Shown piece after piece: positions 12,496 to 25,185 of a stretch of DNA of 64,000 nucleotides (the stretch's first letter is position 1; each line of letters opens with the position of its first letter). This stretch comes from Vicugna vicugna (Eukaryota), in contig MU058054.1 of assembly GCA_013265495.1 (NCBI GenBank), positions 124,001 to 188,000 of the forward strand, read 5' to 3'. The notes under the pieces are model-generated. The model saw only the letters and a list, made by a program, of their open reading frames with translations. It had not been told where the DNA came from and ran no database searches. The position numbers and the translations under genes are program-made.

Positions 12496-13549
12496 AGAGA
12501 CAAATACGCCTTCTGGGTCATCAAAGACAGATTCATTTATGGCCCTAATAGTTTCAGTGCCAAGCATGTCTTACTAAAATTGAATTTCTCGAAAATTGGT
12601 AATCCAAATACAGTTTAAGTATAACATAGCTAGTCACCAACCACCCAGAGGCAGAGCATAAGTTCCTCCTAGAAGGGCTTAAGGATTCATTGGCTCGCCT
12701 AAGAAAGCTCTTGAGAAATACTTGCTGAGTAAGTGGTCAACATAACATACCTTTCCTTGACCAGTGAGGGGACAGAATTAACTGCATAAATTCTCATTGC
12801 TCACCACGAGCTGACGAGTGGTCTACGTTTCATAAATTGTAGGAACTGAGAACAGGTCTTTTCCTCTTAAAAAAAAAAATAGAGTCTAGAATGTTTAGAC
12901 CTGATGCTGGGAACTATGAGATGGTCAAGATTATCTAAAGTCTAGATTCTGGACAGCCCTGCCTTCAACTGTTTACAGTCTAATACTGGAAGGTAATAAA
13001 TGGTGCACCACTCCCCACCTTAACCTTGGCTTCTGCTTACGTCTACAGATTTGTGCTCTGTCTTCTGTGCTTGAACTTGTCAATGAGAAGTTAATGAACG
13101 AAGAAGTCAGCCAAGCCCTAAACCAACAAGTGCCCTAAATATTGACTAGATTCCTCAGCCACAGGCACTTCACGATGAATGATGGGGGGAAATTCAGTCT
13201 TACCGCAAACAGAGCTAGATTAAAATGTCACCCACAACACCATGGCAAGCAGCCGGGCCATTACAACTAGAAATTGCCACTTGGGCTAGTGTATCTGTGT
13301 GCCTGATGCCCTCTGGGGCACAGGTTTGTGATGTCTTGGTTTTATCTTAGGCTGGAGGAAGAACAATGAGGTCTTCTATAAAGTTTTGGATGGCTGGTGT
13401 CAGGACAGCTGTCACCTTTTACAACACCCAGTGGACTCGGAGTACAAATGATGTGTTTCCTCCTCAGGAAAAAAAAAAGAAAAAATGGACAGAGAGAGGT
13501 CGAGCTTTTGTCCTATCTGGCTTCCATATGTTCCTCAGCCTTGTTTTAT

Positions 13550-13945
13550 GGAAGAAGAAGGTTTGATGAGTCCAGAGCTAGGCGTGTGGAACAAGCTGAG
13601 CCAATGAGCTCCTTCCCTGGGAATTTAGAACCAAGACCAAGAGGTTCTGTGTTCAGTGTGACTGGTTTATAGACAGGACTTATAAACTCGGGACCTGGGG
13701 GTGGTGACCTCTGCCACATGGCCTATGGAACAAAGAAAGCCAAAATGCAGTGAGAAAAAAGTAAAGGGGGAGAGGATGGAAAATGAGACAGAAAGTTCTG
13801 ACAACATTTCATGGTCTTTTCTGAGACGTGGCTATTCACTGGGATTCCAAGAGACACTTCTGTATCCTCATAATAAATCCCCTTTTTGCTTAAGTTGGCA
13901 CAAAGTTGGTTTCTATTCCCAATTTGTAATTCCCAATCACATTTA
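13550..13945 (+). mobile_element. MaLR MLT1K/L-like LTR
   Basis: gagccaatgagctccttccctgggaattt..aataaatcccctttttgcttaagttggc..gttggtttct. Confidence 0.65.
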
Positions 13946-14220
13946 TTCTACTGCCAATTTGGCTTACTCTATTAGTGGAGAGATTCAAAGCTAAGACACA
14001 GACAATATTGTGGCAAATATAAACTGCATAAGGAATTTGATGAGAGGGGACATCGTGACACTCCTGGTTAGGTAAGTGGGGCCTACAAGGTTGCAGTCTG
14101 ATGGTTTCCCCACTTTATTGCTACATTTAATTGTTACAGGTCTTTGGTTTTGTCCAGAGGATATAATACCATATTGGTGCTAAGTCGTTGTCAATACATT
14201 CTTGTGGAATGTATTGAGAT

Positions 14221-14639
14221 CAGCGATTTGCTGGTAAGTGGTGCTGTGTGCGTTGGGGAGGAGAGGGAGGTAAGCCCTAATTCGTCGCATTTGGCAATTT
14301 TCAAGGTGTAAATACTCCATTCGTGGCCAATTTCAAGCTACCAACATGAAGTCAGCACACACAGAGTTGGAAGCGGCATACTGCTATAGAGTATTTCTAC
14401 AGTACACGTACAAAAGATGTAAATTACTTCAAGAGTGTTCCATAAAACTAGCGTGTAGTAAAATAATTAGGAAGTGATAAGTATTGAATAAGTATTCATT
14501 ACTTCTGTTTTAAATAGAATGTGTTTAACATACTCCAATTTATGCAATGTAATTTGTAATAACCACTACTTAATAAATGCCTGTAAATTTGACCATCTAC
14601 TTTTGCAAACTGGTACAAGCCGGTTCTAGCATAGCACTG
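14221..14639. mobile_element. MER63-like hAT-Blackjack element
   Basis: ggtgtaaatactcc..ggccaatttcaagctaccaac; termini cagcgatttgctgg / tagcatagcactg; 8-bp TSD attgagat / attaagat. Confidence 0.85.
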
Positions 14640-14904
14640 ATTAAGATGAATGCTGGTCAAATTCAAATACAGGTTTAACGCCTGGTTAATATAATAGCTA
14701 ATACAGAGTGATCTCACCTAACTCTTCATTGCTAGTGCTTGACATGACCCATACATTTCTCCTGTTGTTATTCTAAGCCAGAACTTTCTGTTCTCCCTGG
14801 AAGCTGTTCTAAAATTTCACCCATCCTTCTTTCAAAGGAAGGGTTGCCCCACCCTTTCCAAGCCTTCATCCCGCACCCTCAAGCTCCAGCTCCCAGCCGT
14901 CTCC

Positions 14905-15540
14905 TCCGGGACATCAGGTCATTAATTACAGTCAGCACATCCAAAACCGAACTCATTATTTTCCGCCTGAACTTGCTCTTCCTCCTCCTTCTTCACCTAT
15001 TTTACACCCTAACCACAAAGAACTATTTGTTCCCTATCTCATTTAATACCATCCCAATTCACTCTGTTTACCAAGGTGGAACTCTGAATGCAGCGGCTCC
15101 CAGCCTTAGCTGAATTCAAAAATACCTGCGCCTGAGTCCCACGGGGCAACGATTCAGACTTAATTGGTCTGAGGTGTGGCCTGGGCATTGAGGGAGGGGA
15201 GGCTTAAAAGACTCCCAGGTGATTCTGATGTACAGCCAAGGTGCAAACCACTGCTTTAGGGTCATCCTTACCTACTCCTTCTTAGCATTTATTATTTTTA
15301 ATTGGCTGCCAAAGATCAGTCAATCCTGCCTCCCAAATGTCTCCCAATCCCACTGCAAATCTCCTTTTCTACTGTCCTCGCTCCATCACTCCCTCACCTG
15401 GACCACCATCATTGCTCCTTGTCTGGTCTCCCTGCAGTCAATCCTTCCTCCTCTGGAACCTCTTCAACATCGTCTTACACTTACCAGAGAGATCTTTCCA
15501 AAATACAGGTCTGGTCATGCCTTAACACCCACTGAGAAGC
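14905..15540 (+). mobile_element. L2 fragment (interrupted by MER5-like element)
   Basis: cacatccaaaaccgaactcattattttcc..ctcacctggacc..ctggtctccctgc..tctggtcatg. Confidence 0.7.
15091..15253. mobile_element. MER5B-like hAT-Charlie element
   Basis: gattcagacttaattggtctgaggtgtggcctgggcatt..ctcccaggtgattctgatgtacagcca..aaccactg. Confidence 0.8.
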
Positions 15541-16369
15541 CATTATAGTGGCAAGATTTTGCACCACAATACTTAGATGTAAGAAACATCGCATCTCATT
15601 ATTATCTTTCTCAATCAAATTAAAATGACTTTGAGCATCCATTTTCCAAAAGAGTGGCGTATTACTGAAGATCTTCTTTCCTAGAATTATACAAGAATCC
15701 CAGGGGGCCTCAGTAAGCAAGAAAATGTGGGGAAAGCTCTTCTGGGTCCATCTTGGCCACTCACTGCTGAGATGATCTTTACCCAACTCGTGAGACAATT
15801 CCATCCCCTCTGATTCAAGCAGGTCACAAAGACCTTTCACCCAGACTTCTGGGTCAGTGTCTAGGTCTGGCCTCCCTGGCTCAGCACATAGCCATCTTCA
15901 GTTTGGGACACCATGTGCCAATGGTTGCTCATGACCCCCTATACCTGAACACGCAGTCCCTTCCCTGTCTTGGGGAAAATTACTTCCCTCTCCCAGAGGG
16001 ACCAGTTTCAAAGTTCAACACAAGGTCCTGGTTGCTGAAGGGCTCCTGGCCTGGCAGCTTGCAGCAATCCGTTTAGCACAAAGGAGAATCTGAGCAGGTC
16101 GCATCCCTGGGATGGGCTCCCTCTTCCCCAGAGACAGTGTGGGGCCAGTCCTGCCCGTGCAGGTAGCACGACTCTCCCTTTCCTAGGCTTTGTTGTGGAC
16201 TCACCCGTTGTCTTATCAACACATTCCTCTTTTACTTCACCCTGTGGAGTTGCAAAATAATAGCAGGAAGGTGTGGTTCATCAATGATTAAACAACCTAT
16301 TGTTGGTCACATTCTTGGAGAATCTAGCGTCAGCCCAAGAAGAGCTCACAGGATCTGGGAGTTTGAGGG

Positions 16370-16690
16370 GAGTGTCTCTACTCTATTCAGCTGGTCCCTC
16401 AGCAGCCTCTCAGCCACTTCTAGCCACTCTTCCTGGGTGCGCAGGGAACATTGTGAGTTACCTGTAGTTTGCCAAGCATGCACACTTTTGTGGCCTCCAT
16501 AACTTCGCTCATGCAGATCTGTGCCTCCAATACCTCCCCTCCTCCTGTCTGTACCTGGTGAGCTCCCATTCTTTCACAGGTTGCTTAAATGCCATCTTCT
16601 CTAACAATCTTCCAAAATCATCTCCCAAACACTTGACGCCTACCTCCATCAGGTTACTAACACTATACATGTTGCTTCACCTCCCACAGA
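16370..16690 (+). mobile_element. L2 fragment
   Basis: ttcgctcatgc..cctggtgagctcccattcttt..gcttaaatgccatcttctct. Confidence 0.5.
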
Positions 16691-16809
16691 CTCAAACACA
16701 CACCTCATGCTTAGCTGATGGATAGAAACTGTGTTTTCCTCTAGCATCTTTCACAAGTCAGAGATATGTCAGACGGATTCTAAATTCCTAGAATTTTAGA
16801 GCTATAAGA

Positions 16810-17468
16810 TGCTACCATTGAATAGGTTCTTGTCTGGCACAGGAAAGATTCCAGAGTGAACCATAGTACGATGGAAGTAGATTTATTCAGGGAGATATAC
16901 ACTCCATACATAGACTGCGGTCCATCTCACAAGTAGGGATAAATTGGGAGTTTGAGATTTGCAGATACTAACTTCTATACATAAAATAGATAAACAACAA
17001 GTTTTACTGTATAGCACAGGGAATTCTATTCAATATCTTGTAGTAACCTATTATGGAAAAGAATATGAAAACAAATATATGTATGTATATGTATGCCTGA
17101 AACATTATGCTGTACACCAGAAATGGGCACAACTTTGTAAACTGATTATGCTTCAAATAAAAAAGAAGGGAGAGAAGCCACGAGGAGTCGGGGTGGTTAG
17201 TTTTTATGGGCCAGGTAATTTCATATGCTAATGAGTGGGAGGATTATTCCAACTACTTTAGGGAAGCGGCTGGGATTTCCAGGAATTTGGGGGACTCCGC
17301 CCACTTTTTGGCCTTTTCCTGTCAGCCTGGGAACTGTCATGGCACCTGTGGCTGTGCCATGAGGCTCAAGGTCTACTGGAGGTTGAATCTTCTGCCATCT
17401 TGGTTCTAACCTCAATGGCTGTGTCATTCTTTTCATGGGTGTGCCCTGCCCACTTCTCTCCTGTCTCA
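16810..17468 (-). mobile_element. MER41-like ERV1 solo LTR (interrupted by L1 tail)
   Basis: TG...CA termini, 4-bp TSD aaga/aagg, inserted into a MIR; reverse complement aligns to the LTR at 20064-20704 (ccaagatggc, tagaccttgag, ttagcatatga, cccataaaaa). Confidence 0.75.
16934..17164 (+). mobile_element. Lineage-specific L1 3' end inserted in the LTR
   Basis: gggataaattgggagtttgagatttgcagatact..ctgtatagcacagggaa..cttcaaataaaaaa; near-identical to 32407-32640. Confidence 0.85.
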
Positions 17469-18559
17469 AAGGGACCTTGGAGGTCATCCAATCCAGTGGT
17501 TTTCAAACTATTTTAGTTCTGACATCCCTGTTCAAACAAGGTTACATGGAAACTCAATGTTTAAATAGATGAGAACAGAGAAAATCTAATTAAAGTAGGG
17601 GAGCCGGTGGTGCCTAGAGAGGCACACAGATCCCCCTCTGCAGGTCAAAATCGAAAACCCACAGGTCTCACCCAATGCCTTCATTTTGCTGATGGAACAA
17701 CCATGGTCGGGGAACATTTCTATTACATGGAAATCTACTCCACCCTACATCTTTAAAAAGTTGTCACTTTACTCTCTCCAGTTTTCTAGAATTGTCACAG
17801 CCTCACAAGAAGAGTCAATGGCCCATTTTTAAAGCCCTTGTAGAATGAATGATTTCCTTTGCCATGTTTTACACATCCTATTAACCAATTCTTCAAGGAA
17901 GGTGTTTACAGGCAAGTTATTACCGTGCCAAGACTGCAGAAACATGTATAGCAATTATCTGTGGGGTTTTTTTTATTGCTTAAATTTTTTTTTCACCTAT
18001 AATTCTGTGTGGGTGTTTGTAAAATTAAGCAGCTTGAGTCGGTGCCACATGGCTCTGCCAGTGTGCCTCAGTGAGCAGTTCCAACCTGCAAAAAGACTCT
18101 TCCAGGCTGAAGACACTCAGGAAGTACCTACAGTCTCTTATTACAAGGTCTAATTTGATTTTTGTTGTTGTTTTTAAACAATCCAGGAAGTGGACCAAAG
18201 CACTCCCTTCCTTTAAAAGCCACTGTGCATTGAGATGCAACTTTGAGGGCGGAGGCATTCGCTTATTCTTAATCAGGACTTGGGTACTTTTAAATTATAA
18301 GGAAAGTCATTGGAAATTCTCAGGGTCAGATCACAGTTGCCTCACAGTAAATGCATATTGTGAATTCCTGCAGAGGATATTGTCAATTGTATGATTTCCA
18401 CAACTCTTTACATCTGACCCTTCCCCTCCTTTCCACCATCACCACCCGCTTCGTCACGCCTCACCATCTCTTGCAAGTACCATTGCTGTCTGTCCTGTTT
18501 CAACCCCTTCAGACCCAGCTTTGAGCTAGAGAGGACTTCTGCAAATGTGTTAGAGACTC

Positions 18560-18720
18560 CTGGGAAAGGGTGATGAGCAAAAGGGGCTTCTGGGGTGCTG
18601 ATCTTGTTCTGCTTCTTAATTTGGGTTCTTGGTGACATGGATGTGTGCACGTTGTGAAGATTCCTGAATCTGTGTATTGATGCTTTGTAACGCTTTTCTG
18701 TCTTTGAGCATTACTTCATG
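18560..18720 (+). mobile_element. Old L1ME-type 3' end
   Basis: ggggcttctggggtgctg..gttctgcttcttaatttgggt..ggtgacatggatgtgtgcac.ttgtgaa. Confidence 0.7.
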
Positions 18721-18734
18721 CATTACCATAGCTG

Positions 18735-18872
18735 GTTTATTTGTCCTGGTAGACTCTCTGTGATCCAAGGATGCTTATTTCATCATCTTTGTATCCCGGC
18801 ATCTAGCGCACAGTAGTTATTCTATCAACTACTGTTGGATGTTACAGGAATAAATAAATAAATAAATAAATC
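18735..18872 (+). mobile_element. L2 3' end
   Basis: tcatctttgtatcccggcatctagcgcacagtag followed by (AATA)n. Confidence 0.6.
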
Positions 18873-19141
18873 AGTGGAATTGAAGACTCGGGTTACAGGG
18901 CTCTAGGATTTTCCTTGGGCTGGATAATTAGATATACAAGAATGGAGTTATGAAAATTGGGGGAGTGGGTGGAGTGGAGGCCATGTACTAGTCCTGGAGG
19001 TGGGAAGTTTGTTTAGAAGTGTGTTCAGACAGGAAGAAGACCTGAGTGAAGTGAGGTGCCCGTAGATCACCTGCCAGCGCAAGTCACACTGGCATCACCA
19101 TGCTTTGCTCTACTTCAGACCAGTTTTTCTTGTTGACTTTT

Positions 19142-19298
19142 ATTTTTAAATGAAAGAAATATCTATTTATTTATTTTGGTGGGGGAGGAGGTAATTAGGT
19201 CTATTTAATTAAAAATTTTTTAATGGGGTTACTGGGGATTGAACCTAGGACCTGCATGCTGAGCACGCACTCTACCACTTGAGCTATGTGCTTCCCCC
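19142..19298 (-). mobile_element. vic-1-like SINE
   Basis: Reverse A/B boxes; TSD tcttgttgacttt at 19128-19140 and 19299-19311. Confidence 0.9.
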
Positions 19299-20063
19299 TC
19301 TTGTTGACTTTCCTGTTTTGGTTTCTGGGACTTCCATCCTCCCGGTCACAAAGGTATTAAAACTCTTTTTTCTCTCCTTTTTTGTCACCTCCACCTTTGA
19401 TTTGCTGCAAACTAAATGTTTCTCAAATCAACCCTCTTTCTCTTTCCCTCACAAGCCCCCTCTCAAGACTCTCTTGGATCCTTAGTCTAACAGTTCCTAC
19501 CTGGTCTCCCAATTAGGACTTCCTGTGAAATGGAGCCAATAATGGAAAGAACTGATTTTTGAAAAGAAAAAAAAAAAGGAAGAAAGAAAAAGAAAAAAGA
19601 AAAGACAAAAAGCTGGAAGGGAAGATTCATTAAAAGATTACAGGGATGACCTACAAAAGCTCAAAAAAAAAAAAAAAAAAGGCTACAGTTAAGGAAAAGA
19701 AAAGTTACCAAGGCTCATTTGCTGCCCTTTTCTGTGCACGTCTTGATGATTTTAGTCTCTGCATCTTTCTCCTGTTCCCCAGACCTCACGGTGGAAATCA
19801 TGGCATTGACCCACAGCCGAAGTTTTACATCTGCTTCTAAAGGACCACATTGAACAGGGATGAAAAACTCCCAGGCTAAACTCCTATTTTTCATGCAAGG
19901 GACTCTGATTAGTCCCCTGGGTCAGGCCTCTACCCTGGGACCATTCAACTGGGTTCTGGGGACCGCGTCCCACTGCGCCAAAGACTGTCCTGATCAACCA
20001 CCATTGCCACGTGGAAGGGGCAGGGCCATTCCCAGAGAAGAGGAGCTGGATACACAACCCAAA

Positions 20064-20704
20064 TGAGGCAGGAAGGAAGGGGGCAGGGCACAGCCATTCA
20101 AGGCATGACGCTGCAATTAACATCAAAATGGTGGAAGATTCGGCCCCCAGTAGGCCTTGAGGCTCAAGATGGCGGGAGATTTGACTTCTAGTAGACCTTG
20201 AGCTTCATTATACGCCCATTGTAATATATTAGCATGGTGAATATCATGCCCACAGGCACCATGTCAACTCCAAGGCCAACCATAAAAGGTCAAAGAGTGG
20301 GCAATGGTCAACTTCCTGGGATCCCAGCCCCTTCCCCAGGGTAGTTAAAATGGTCCTCCCACTTGTTAGCATATGAAGCTACCAAGCCCATAAAAAGTGA
20401 CCGCCTCTCGCTCCCTCATCTTTCAGAGATGGCCCACACTCTGTCTATGGAGTGTGTACCTACTTTCATTCTAATCTAAGCACCCAACCCCCACACTTCG
20501 TGGCCTTTCTCTTGCCTTTTGAAACAGCCTACACTCTGTGCAGTAAGTATCTCTCTAGATAAATCTGTCTACTCAACTGGCTCGCTCTTGAATTCATTCC
20601 TGTGTGAAGCCAAGGACCCACACTCGGCGGGGCACGTCCCAGGGGCTCCACTGAGATCTGGGACACGGCCCTCCTCACGCCCCACACCCGTTTTTCCTGC
20701 ATCA
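20064..20704 (+). mobile_element. MER41-like ERV1 solo LTR
   Basis: TG...CA termini, TSD caaa/caag; blocks resembling MER41: caagatggcg, cccacaggcaccatg, cttgttagcatat, cataaaaa, ctctgtctatggagt, gaattcattcctgtgtgaagccaaggaccc, ttcctgcatca. Confidence 0.8.
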
Positions 20705-20759
20705 CAAGGATGAATTTACACCTTTGGCCTTGAATCCGCCTGGCAGGTTGCCTTAGGGC

Positions 20760-21101
20760 TATCCTTCCCAGAAGAGAGCACTGATCAAGTCACTTTTCAC
20801 ATAGCAATTTGACCTCAGCTGCAAGGTCACCCCCACCTGCGGTCCCGCCCCTGGGTAACCTATAGCTGCCCTATAGTGAGACCAAATGAAATGGGTGTGG
20901 TCTAAAGTCCTGGCCATTGCAACTTGACCCGGGACAGCGCTGCCAGGCACTATTCCTTGCAGAATTCCCCACCCCATTGGGTAAAGCTTTGTCAAAGCTG
21001 CATTGTAATTTCACTTCTTCCTCTGTCCTTCCTACTTCCTCTCCCTTAATCTCCAATACACTTTGTCTCTGTTTCTGCTTCCAAGAAGCCGAGCTTTGAC
21101 A
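20760..21101 (+). mobile_element. ERVL LTR16-like LTR
   Basis: aaagtcctggccatt..gctgcattgtaatttcacttcttcctctgtcc..gtttctgcttccaagaagccgagctttgaca. Confidence 0.6.
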
Positions 21102-21169
21102 ATTGCACGTATCCTTCTGCCCACCTAGATCTCCCATTTCCTACCATCTCTTCCTGCCTCAATTCATCC

Positions 21170-21460
21170 TACCCTTCAGATGTCACCTCTTCTGAGAAGC
21201 CTTGCCTAGCTACCCCAATCAGATGTGCTCTCTGCATCCCACAATCTGTTGCCACCTTGGATGGTGTGCCTGTGTCATTGAACTTGCCTTATTCTCCCCA
21301 ATATGGCAGCTATCTGTGAGCCTTTCTACCCTACCTGCCATCTTCCCTATAACACACACTAATCAGTAAGCCCATGGAGTGTGACATCTTTTTTTTTTTT
21401 TAACCCTTCTCTTCAATGCTCTGCTCAGTACATGGTCAATCCTCAATGAGTGGTTGTTAA
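21170..21460 (+). mobile_element. L2 fragment
   Basis: atgtcacctcttctgagaagcctt..gtaagcccatggag..ctcaatgagtggttgttaa. Confidence 0.5.
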
Positions 21461-21689
21461 TGTTCCCAAACCCTTGGGAGAATTAGGCAGTAAATAAATA
21501 CAAACCACCAACGCTCTCTAAAAACAATTTTTTTTTACCTTGAACAAGCCAGCATGGAAATAAATTTTAAAGTTTGCAAAATTGTTGAATCTCTGCTACT
21601 AATCTATAAGCTCCTTAAACAACAGAATGTATCTTATCAGGGTATTCATATCCCTTCCAAGCACAATTTTAGGCAAGTGCAAGATAGGG

Positions 21690-21885
21690 CATAAACCTAC
21701 TGGATCCGGGGTCACATCTTGACTTCGTCACTGACATCCTGCATGACCTTGAGCCATTCACTTCACTCACTGAACCATTTTTTTTTTCATCTGTAAAATG
21801 GGAATGATACCTGCCTCATAGCATTGTTAAGGGACTAAATGAGATAACTAACTCATATAAAGTACAGTGTCTGGGTCAGGTACAG
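21690..21885 (+). mobile_element. MIR SINE
   Basis: tgaccttgagccattcactt..catctgtaaaatgggaatgatacctgcctcatagcattgttaagggactaaatgagataa. Confidence 0.8.
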
Positions 21886-23320
21886 ATTTGATAACAATTA
21901 CCAAACTGTTAATTTTATTCATTATTATTCTCAGTTAATTTTATTTCTTTTTAAAGGGTGTTCTACAATGTTTACTAGATGAATGAGTGAAGACAAAGAA
22001 GGGAGGAGAAAGGAAATGACTTAGAGAAAATACTACTTAGACATTCACTGAAAGTAGAGACCAGGAGTTGAAGGATAAGATGCCAAGTCCGGTCAATTTC
22101 ATAACTGTTTCATCCTACTTATAAATGAGAAGAGCTGAGAGTCTGCCCACAGCAGATATTCAGTAAATGCAACTCTTCCAGAGACAGAAATGGGAGAGGA
22201 GGTAAAGGAAATGGATCTGTCTTAAGACTAGGGCAACTGTTCTCAGACCATTTGGTCTTAGGATCGCTTTACATCCTTAAAAATTATCAAGGATCCTAAG
22301 AACTTTTGTTTATGTGAGCTGTATCTGTTGATATCTACAGCATTAACAATCAGAACTGAAAACATTTAAAAATCTTTATTGTTTTATTCTTTTAAAAACA
22401 ACAGTAACAAACCCACTACAGGTTAACATAAATAATATCATGTATGGAAAATAACTATACTTTCCACACACATGATGGTGAGAAGAGTGACTTCTGCAAA
22501 TACCTTTGATGTCTGGCTAACAGAAGACAGCTGGATTCTCATCTCTGCTTCCGCATTCTGTCTGTGACATGCTTTTTCGGTTGATGTATATGTAGAAAAT
22601 CCAGCCTCACACAGATATGTAGATGAAGGGAGGAGGATTTTAAAAGCCTTTTCAGATAATTGTGGCTATTCCTCTTCGCTACCACTCTAAAACTCATTAA
22701 GTGATAGTTTCTTAAAGGTTAGTTGCAATGTGAGTTATGAAACTGCGTCTACGAACCTTTCCCACTCACTGTGTTAGTATTAAATTACATATACTTTGAA
22801 TGGGTCATTTGACTCACGTGTGATTTTGCAATCTTTTGTTTTGGTCATTTGGAAAATATTGGCTCACTGAGTTCTACAGATCTTCCAAATGTTGACCCTA
22901 GTTCATCATATAATATCAAAGAAAAATCACACTTGTTAATATCGACAAGAATCTCATCAGGAAAGTCTTTAAGTGTCTGTAAGCTGTCAAGTTCCCGATG
23001 GCAAATACAGGTTTTTCCAAACTTGTAGTTTTCCATTAAAACCTTGAATCTGATCATTGGCAACAAATGCTATCAGTTGTTTTTCTTACAGTGACTGGCT
23101 GACTTTGTTTATATTTAAGAGAATGTCTGCCAAATGTTCAAGTCTCAATAGCCACCTCTGTCAGTCTGAAGTTCTTTCAAGCAAAAATGTGGTTTCAGGG
23201 GAAAAACAGAGAATTCAGTTTGCAACTCAAAACAACTGTACCTTGAGATGACCACTGTTCTTCAGTATTTAGTAAAAGAACTTTATTTGTACTTTCCACT
23301 TCATCATACAGGATAGTATT

Positions 23321-23475
23321 GATTTTTTTTAAATTTATTTATGTTTTTAAGCTTTTTGAGGGGTGATTAGGTTTATTTATTTATCTTTTTTTTAATGGAG
23401 GTTCTGGGGATTGAACCCAGGATCTTGTGCATGCTAAGCACGCACTCTACCACTGAGCTGTACCCTCCCCACCAA
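23321..23475 (-). mobile_element. vic-1-like SINE inside Charlie1a
   Basis: Reverse A/B boxes; TSD catcatacaggatagtatt / catcatgtaagatactatt. Confidence 0.9.
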
Positions 23476-23758
23476 CATCATGTAAGATACTATTAAAAAG
23501 ACAGGTACTCAAGAGTCAAGATTTATAAAAGTAATATTTTTACTGCTTCATTAAATACACTCTTAAGTGAATCTGGCTCTTCTTTTCTTTTCTTTCCAAA
23601 CTGAGAGTGCAGAGTGGTGAAAAATGCAATGTCTATAAGTACAATTCGGTGCCACTGCCTTAGTTCATGCTAAGGTGCCTGCAATGATACCCATCATTGT
23701 TTCTGCATCATCCATGCAAGTGTTAACCTGGAGAAAAAAGCCAATTGGTACTATTATG

Positions 23759-24082
23759 TGTTATATGTAACACACAAACACACACACACACACATATATA
23801 TGAACAATGGTTCAGTTATACATATATATTCCTTTTTATAGTCTTTTTCCTTATAAGCTATTACAAGGTATTGAACATAGTGATACCATATGGTATTTTT
23901 CTTTCTCTTTCTGGCTTACTTCACTTGGTATGACAGTCTCCAGGTCCATCCATATTGCTGCAAATGGCATTATTTTATTCTTTTTTATGGCTGAGTAATA
24001 TTCCATTATATCTATATCTATATCTATATCTATATCTATATCTATATCTATATCTATATCTATGTATCTATCTCACAACTTC
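23759..24082 (-). mobile_element. L1 3' end with internal deletion, carrying (CA)n and (TATATC)n
   Basis: Collinear with 24385-24900 except about 200 bp are missing; TSD ttggta(c/a)tattatg at 23745-23758 and 24083-24096. Confidence 0.85.
24007..24072. repeat. (TATATC)n hexanucleotide microsatellite
   Basis: Read directly. Confidence 0.95.
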
Positions 24083-24382
24083 TTGGTAATATTATGAAAA
24101 TAGTCTTGGCAGATGCTGTGGAATGGGCTTGGGGATCAACAAGGGTCCACGAACTTCACTCTGTAACAGCTGGACTAGAGGGATGAAACTGAGAAAACAA
24201 TAAATCATAACTCAAGGCTTAGAGGAGGGATTTGGGAAACTACAGGGAGGCGTAAAGACAGAGTTCCTGGACGGGACAAGAGCAGACCCCTAGGGTTGGC
24301 AGATTTCATAACTGAAAGTTATCTTTAATGATGTACCCAGCTTATTTAAGTCTGGAGTTGATTATTTTATTTCACAGGTGCA

Positions 24383-24900
24383 TTTTTTTTTAAATTGAAG
24401 TATAATTGGTTTACAATGTTGTGTTAGTTTCTGGTGTACAGCACAGTGATTCAGGTATATATATATATATATTCCTTTTTATATTCTTTTTCCTTATAAG
24501 CTATTATGAGGTATTGAATATAGTTCCTTGTGCTATACAGTAGGACCTTGTAGTTTATCTATTTTATGAATAGTATTTAATAATCTGCAAATCCTGAGCT
24601 CCCCATTTTTCCCTTCCTCTCTCCCCCTCCATAACCATAAGTTTATTCTCTGTGTCTATGAGTCTGTTTCTGTTTTGTAAATAAGTTCGTTTGTGTCATT
24701 TTTTAAAGATTCCACATATAAGTGATATCATATGATATTTTTCTTTCTCTTTCTGGCTTACTTCACTTAGTATGATGGTCTCGAGGTCCATCCATGTTGC
24801 TGCAAATGGCATTGTTTCATTCTTTCTTATGGCTGAGTAGCATTCCATTGCACACATATACCACAACTTCTTTATGCAATCATCTGTCAGTGGATCTCTG
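24383..24900 (-). mobile_element. Lineage-specific L1 3' end
   Basis: Poly-T, then aattgaagtataattggtttacaatgttgtg..gattccacatataagtgatatcat..catgttgctgcaaatggcatt. Confidence 0.9.
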
Positions 24901-24904
24901 GTGA

Positions 24905-25185
24905 ACTTTTAATTTTAAAATTATTTCAGATTTACAGAAATTGAGAGTTCCCATATACTCCACCACCCATTTCCCCCTATGATTAGCATTTTACATTAGT
25001 ATAGTATGCTTGTTACATATGATGAACCAATATTGATACATTATTATTAAAGTCTCTACTTTATTCAGATTTCCTTAGTGTTTATATAACATCTTCTTTT
25101 CTGTTCCAAGATTCCATTCAGGATTTCACATTGCATTTAGTTGTCAAGTCTACTTAGGCTCCTTCTGGGCTGTGACAATTCTGGT
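24905..25185 (-). mobile_element. Old L1 (L1MB/MC-type) 3' UTR
   Basis: agagttcccatatactccacc..gaaccaatattgatacattattatta..cacattgcatttagttgtca. Confidence 0.7.

Larger units (their letters stand above)
22234..24172 (-). mobile_element. Charlie1a-like hAT DNA transposon, both ends present
   Basis: 8-bp TSD gactaggg (22226-22233) / gactagag (24173-24180); the minus ORF 22845-23066 (ENYKFGKTCICHRELDSLQTLKDFPDEI..DINKCDF) is a transposase remnant. Confidence 0.85.

Noticed and set aside
13976..14071. Plus-strand exon-like segment with strong donor TTAG|gtaagt
   Set aside because: Stops in all three frames and the sequence resembles antisense L2
16810..20704. Two related LTRs as the ends of one provirus
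   Set aside because: Opposite orientation, separate TSDs, different internal structure and no gag/pol between them
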